From an uncultured Clostridia bacterium (GTDB taxonomy: Bacteria > CAYTYR01 > UBA6262): a stretch of DNA of 64,000 nucleotides. The stretch is taken from NCBI GenBank assembly GCA_964441745.1, contig CAYTYR010000005.1, forward strand, positions 1-64,000, given 5' to 3'. Within the stretch, counting starts at the first letter, position 1. Each line of letters begins with the position of its first letter. A program made the translations under genes and the position numbers. Below the pieces are notes generated by a model. It had not been told where the DNA came from, did no database searches, and saw only the letters and a program-made list of their open reading frames with translations. Positions 61,157-64,000 of this stretch are shown in pieces.

Positions 61157-61267
61157 AAAGTCAGGATGTCTTGATTACCCGCCTTCCTACCGGCAGGCAG
61201 GGATTTCAAAAAACGATTACACCGATTACCTAAACATATAAAATAATATTACACTAGGATTAGAAAG

Positions 61268-61798
61268 ATGAGAGAAGAATTGATCATCGCAGGATTTGGC
61301 GGTCAGGGAATTATGTTCACCGGGACATTATTGGCCCAGGCCGCCATGATCGAGAATAAATTTGTTACTTATTTCCCGTCATATGGGGCAGAGGTGCGTG
61401 GGGGAACGGCAAATTGCAGTGTAACTATTGCGGATGTAGCAATCGGCAGTCCGGTTATTACCAGCCCGGACAGCCTGCTCATTTTAAATAAGCCATCGCT
61501 GGACCGGTTTCGGCCGCGTCTCAAAAAAGGCGGTTTGCTCGTTTTAAACTCTACCTTGATCGAAGATGAAATAAAAGAGCCCAGCGGGCAGGCTGTGCGT
61601 CTGCCGGCTACAGGGATTGCCGAGCAGATCGGACAGGTGAAGGTAGCCAATATTGTTGCTTTGGGAAAATACCTGGCGGTAAAGAATATTATTAAACAGG
61701 AATCAGTGTTCCAGGCATTGGAAGCGCTCCTGACTGGCAAGAAAAAAGAATTACTGGATTTAAACCGGAAAGCATTAGTTGCCGGATATGAATACTAA
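61268..61798 (+). CDS. 2-oxoacid:ferredoxin oxidoreductase gamma subunit
   Basis: AGFGGQG, PSYGAEVRGG, ANIVALG. Confidence 0.92.
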   Translation: MREELIIAGFGGQGIMFTGTLLAQAAMIENKFVTYFPSYGAEVRGGTANCSVTIADVAIGSPVITSPDSLLILNKPSLDRFRPRLKKGGLLVLNSTLIEDEIKEPSGQAVRLPATGIAEQIGQVKVANIVALGKYLAVKNIIKQESVFQALEALLTGKKKELLDLNRKALVAGYEY

Positions 61799-61935
61799 AG
61801 AAAGTTGTTGGTTGTGGAAGTAGGTATGGAAGTAAGTCTGATGTTTGTGGTTTAGAACCTAACACCAATAGACCTAAGACCAAACTTACTTCCTAACCTA
61901 ATACCCAAAGACTTATTAAAAAAAGGGAGCGACAC

Positions 61936-62400
61936 ATGAAACTGCGTAAGGCAAAAATGAAAGACGTCAAGGAGATCCAGGGTATTATTAATTACTTTGC
62001 TGCTAACGGTGAAATGCTGCCCAGGGCTTTGAATGAGTTATATGAAAATATCCGCGATTATTTTGTTATTGAGGATAAGGGCAAAGTCGTGGCCTGCGGC
62101 GCTCTGCATGTCAATTGGGAAGATCTGGCGGAAGTTAAAGCCTTTGCTGTCGCCAAAAGTCATCATCGTCAAGGATTAGGGACTATACTGCTCAAAGCCT
62201 GTCTCAAGGAAGCCAAGGCCATGGGTATTAAAAAGGTCTTTGCTCTCTCTTACCAGCCGGACTTTTTTAAGAAGCATGGGTTCAGCGTGATCGATAAAAT
62301 GCAGTTGCCGCATAAAATATGGAGTGAATGCGTAAAATGTCCGAAATTTCCTGATTGCGATGAAACTTGCCTGATCTATCCGAAAGGAGCTAAAGTTTAA
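61936..62400 (+). CDS. GNAT N-acetyltransferase (short ArgA-like)
   Basis: MLPR, LAEVKAFAV, QGLG, FF...GF, LPHKIWSECVKCPKFPDCDE. Confidence 0.82.
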   Translation: MKLRKAKMKDVKEIQGIINYFAANGEMLPRALNELYENIRDYFVIEDKGKVVACGALHVNWEDLAEVKAFAVAKSHHRQGLGTILLKACLKEAKAMGIKKVFALSYQPDFFKKHGFSVIDKMQLPHKIWSECVKCPKFPDCDETCLIYPKGAKV

Positions 62401-63155
62401 TGTTGGCAGTGAAGATAGAAAATCTGACTAAGATCTATAAAAGAAGGTATTTTCTTAAGCCGCGCTACAGCGTTGGCATAAAGAATTTAAACCTGGAAGT
62501 AGAAGAGGGTGAAACCTTTGGTTTGCTGGGACTAAATGGTTCCGGGAAAACGACAACGATCAAGTTGTTGCTGGGATTACTATTTGCTGATAGCGGTCAA
62601 GCCTTTATTTACGATCAAAAAGTGCCGCACCGCCTAGCCAGTAACCTGGTAGGTTACCTGCCGGAAGCCCCTTACTTCTACAGGTATCTCAGCGCCCAGG
62701 AAATAATCGATTTTTATGGGAGGCTGAGTGGCGTTCCAGAACAAGTTCGGCAGAAAAAAATAGACGAGTTATTGGAATTGGTGAAACTGACTAAAAACCG
62801 TCATAAAAGATTGTCTGAATTTTCAAAAGGCATGCTGCAGCGCGTGGGTATTGCCCAGGCTTTGATCCATGACCCGAAAATCCTGTTTTTTGATGAATTG
62901 ATCACTGGCCTCGATCCAGTCGGTATTACGGAAATGCGGTCTTTGCTCCTGCGCCTTAAAGAAAGAAAGAAAACTATTTTTCTAAGTTCCCATATTATTA
63001 GTGAAATTGTAAAAGTATGCGACCGGGTGGGTATTATCAAGGAAGGTGAATTAGTGAAGGTAGTTGACTTGCGGCAATTGAAAAATAAGGATGCGGAGCT
63101 GGAAAAAATATTCTTAAGTACGGTCATGCCGTCTGGTCAGGAGTCACTATCGTGA
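62400..63155 (+). CDS. ABC transporter ATP-binding protein
   Basis: GLNGSGKTT, FSKGM, FDE. Confidence 0.9.
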   Translation: MLAVKIENLTKIYKRRYFLKPRYSVGIKNLNLEVEEGETFGLLGLNGSGKTTTIKLLLGLLFADSGQAFIYDQKVPHRLASNLVGYLPEAPYFYRYLSAQEIIDFYGRLSGVPEQVRQKKIDELLELVKLTKNRHKRLSEFSKGMLQRVGIAQALIHDPKILFFDELITGLDPVGITEMRSLLLRLKERKKTIFLSSHIISEIVKVCDRVGIIKEGELVKVVDLRQLKNKDAELEKIFLSTVMPSGQESLS

Positions 63156-63919
63156 ATATATTGCCCATTGCTGAATATACGATCATGGAGAATATACGCA
63201 GTAAAATATTTTATATTTTGTTGCTTTTTGTTTTTATTATGATCGGCAGTTCCCTGGTGTTTTCTGCTCTGGCTCCAGATACCGAGGCCAGGGTGATCAC
63301 TGATATCGGTTTAGCCTGTATTGAAATGTTTACTTTAATGACCGGGATTTACGCCGCCGTTAACCTGGTTTTACAGGAAATTGAGAACCGGACGATTTAC
63401 CTGATAATGACCAGGCCATTACGCCGTTGGGAATATATCATTGGCCGTTATCTTGGCGTGCTGGTAATTTTGTGTTTTAATATTATCACTATGCTAGTCG
63501 TATTAATGCTGCTGCTAAAGTTAACCACTCACTGGATCCTTGATCCTATGTTTATCTGGAGCGCAGTAGCTATTTTCTTCAAGATGATCATTATTGTCGC
63601 TGTGGCCATGACTGCCAGCCTGGTATTTACATCCAGCATTACCGCTATGGCTTTTAGTTTCCTGACCTGGATACTAGGCCATTTTTCCAGCGAATTAAAA
63701 CTGATGGCGGAGAAAGTACAATCTTTTCTGGCCAAGGGGCTTCTGTATTTATTGTACTATGCTGTGCCAAATTTCCAGTTATTTAATCTGAAGGATAAAT
63801 TGGGTATACCAGAGGGAATGCCGCTGGATGTGGTTTCTATGGTTTTATTATACGGTCTGATCTATGCCGCTATTTTTCTAGTGATCAGCAGCCTATTCTT
63901 TAGCAAGAAGGAGTTCTAA
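63152..63919 (+). CDS. ABC-2 type permease
   Basis: EIENRTIYLIMTRPLRRWEYIIGRYLG, six TM helices, FSKKEF end. Confidence 0.85.
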   Translation: MNILPIAEYTIMENIRSKIFYILLLFVFIMIGSSLVFSALAPDTEARVITDIGLACIEMFTLMTGIYAAVNLVLQEIENRTIYLIMTRPLRRWEYIIGRYLGVLVILCFNIITMLVVLMLLLKLTTHWILDPMFIWSAVAIFFKMIIIVAVAMTASLVFTSSITAMAFSFLTWILGHFSSELKLMAEKVQSFLAKGLLYLLYYAVPNFQLFNLKDKLGIPEGMPLDVVSMVLLYGLIYAAIFLVISSLFFSKKEF

Positions 63920-63926
63920 GAAGAGC

Positions 63927-64000
63927 ATGTTAAAAAGAAATAGCTGGGGTCTTATTAGTATAATTATCCTGGCCGCGGTCCTGTTTAACCTGCGGACAAC
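63927..64000 (+). CDS. Partial CDS (5' end), N-terminal hydrophobic segment
   Basis: ATG 7 nt after the permease stop; MLKRNSWGLISIIILAAVLFNLRT is open to the window end. Confidence 0.5.
   Translation, partial: MLKRNSWGLISIIILAAVLFNLRT

Overview
Gene-dense, almost entirely + strand chromosomal segment of a diderm, probably anaerobic bacterium. LptF/LptG and two GT9 heptosyltransferases point to a diderm; a four-subunit 2-oxoacid:ferredoxin oxidoreductase points to anaerobiosis. The lineage cannot be fixed from this window. Gene content: (1) 0.1-16.7 kb LPS/surface-glycan cluster; (2) metK-ahcY; (3) 19.5-31 kb outer-membrane cluster with a TPR lipoprotein, a TraF/PorV-like barrel, an M6 metalloprotease with a T9SS/FlgD-Ig-like C-terminal domain, lptG/lptF and a 1.7-kaa SprA-like protein; (4) comF, gap, pgk, secG and a tRNA cluster (Leu, Gly, Cys, Val) around a small GIY-YIG nuclease; (5) thrS, accA-pfkA-aldolase-pyk, panD, ABC exporter, clpB, nagB, tRNA-Leu, NlpC/P60, tRNA-Ala, rsmD, nadK, recN, oxidoreductase operon and a second ABC exporter. 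The most unusual signal is non-coding and has three layers. Many gene junctions hold short degenerate 6-8-mer tandem arrays or GATTACACAGATT-type repeats. A family of 15-48 nt 'CCTG + hairpin' micro-elements is inserted precisely, with no target duplication, into those repeats and into tRNA copies, and related hairpins sit in frame in a DegT gene. Around the GIY-YIG gene, tRNA-Cys occurs three times (two copies interrupted by hairpins) and an intact tRNA-Val is nested inside a second, disrupted tRNA-Val. No database searches were run; all family calls come from motif recognition.
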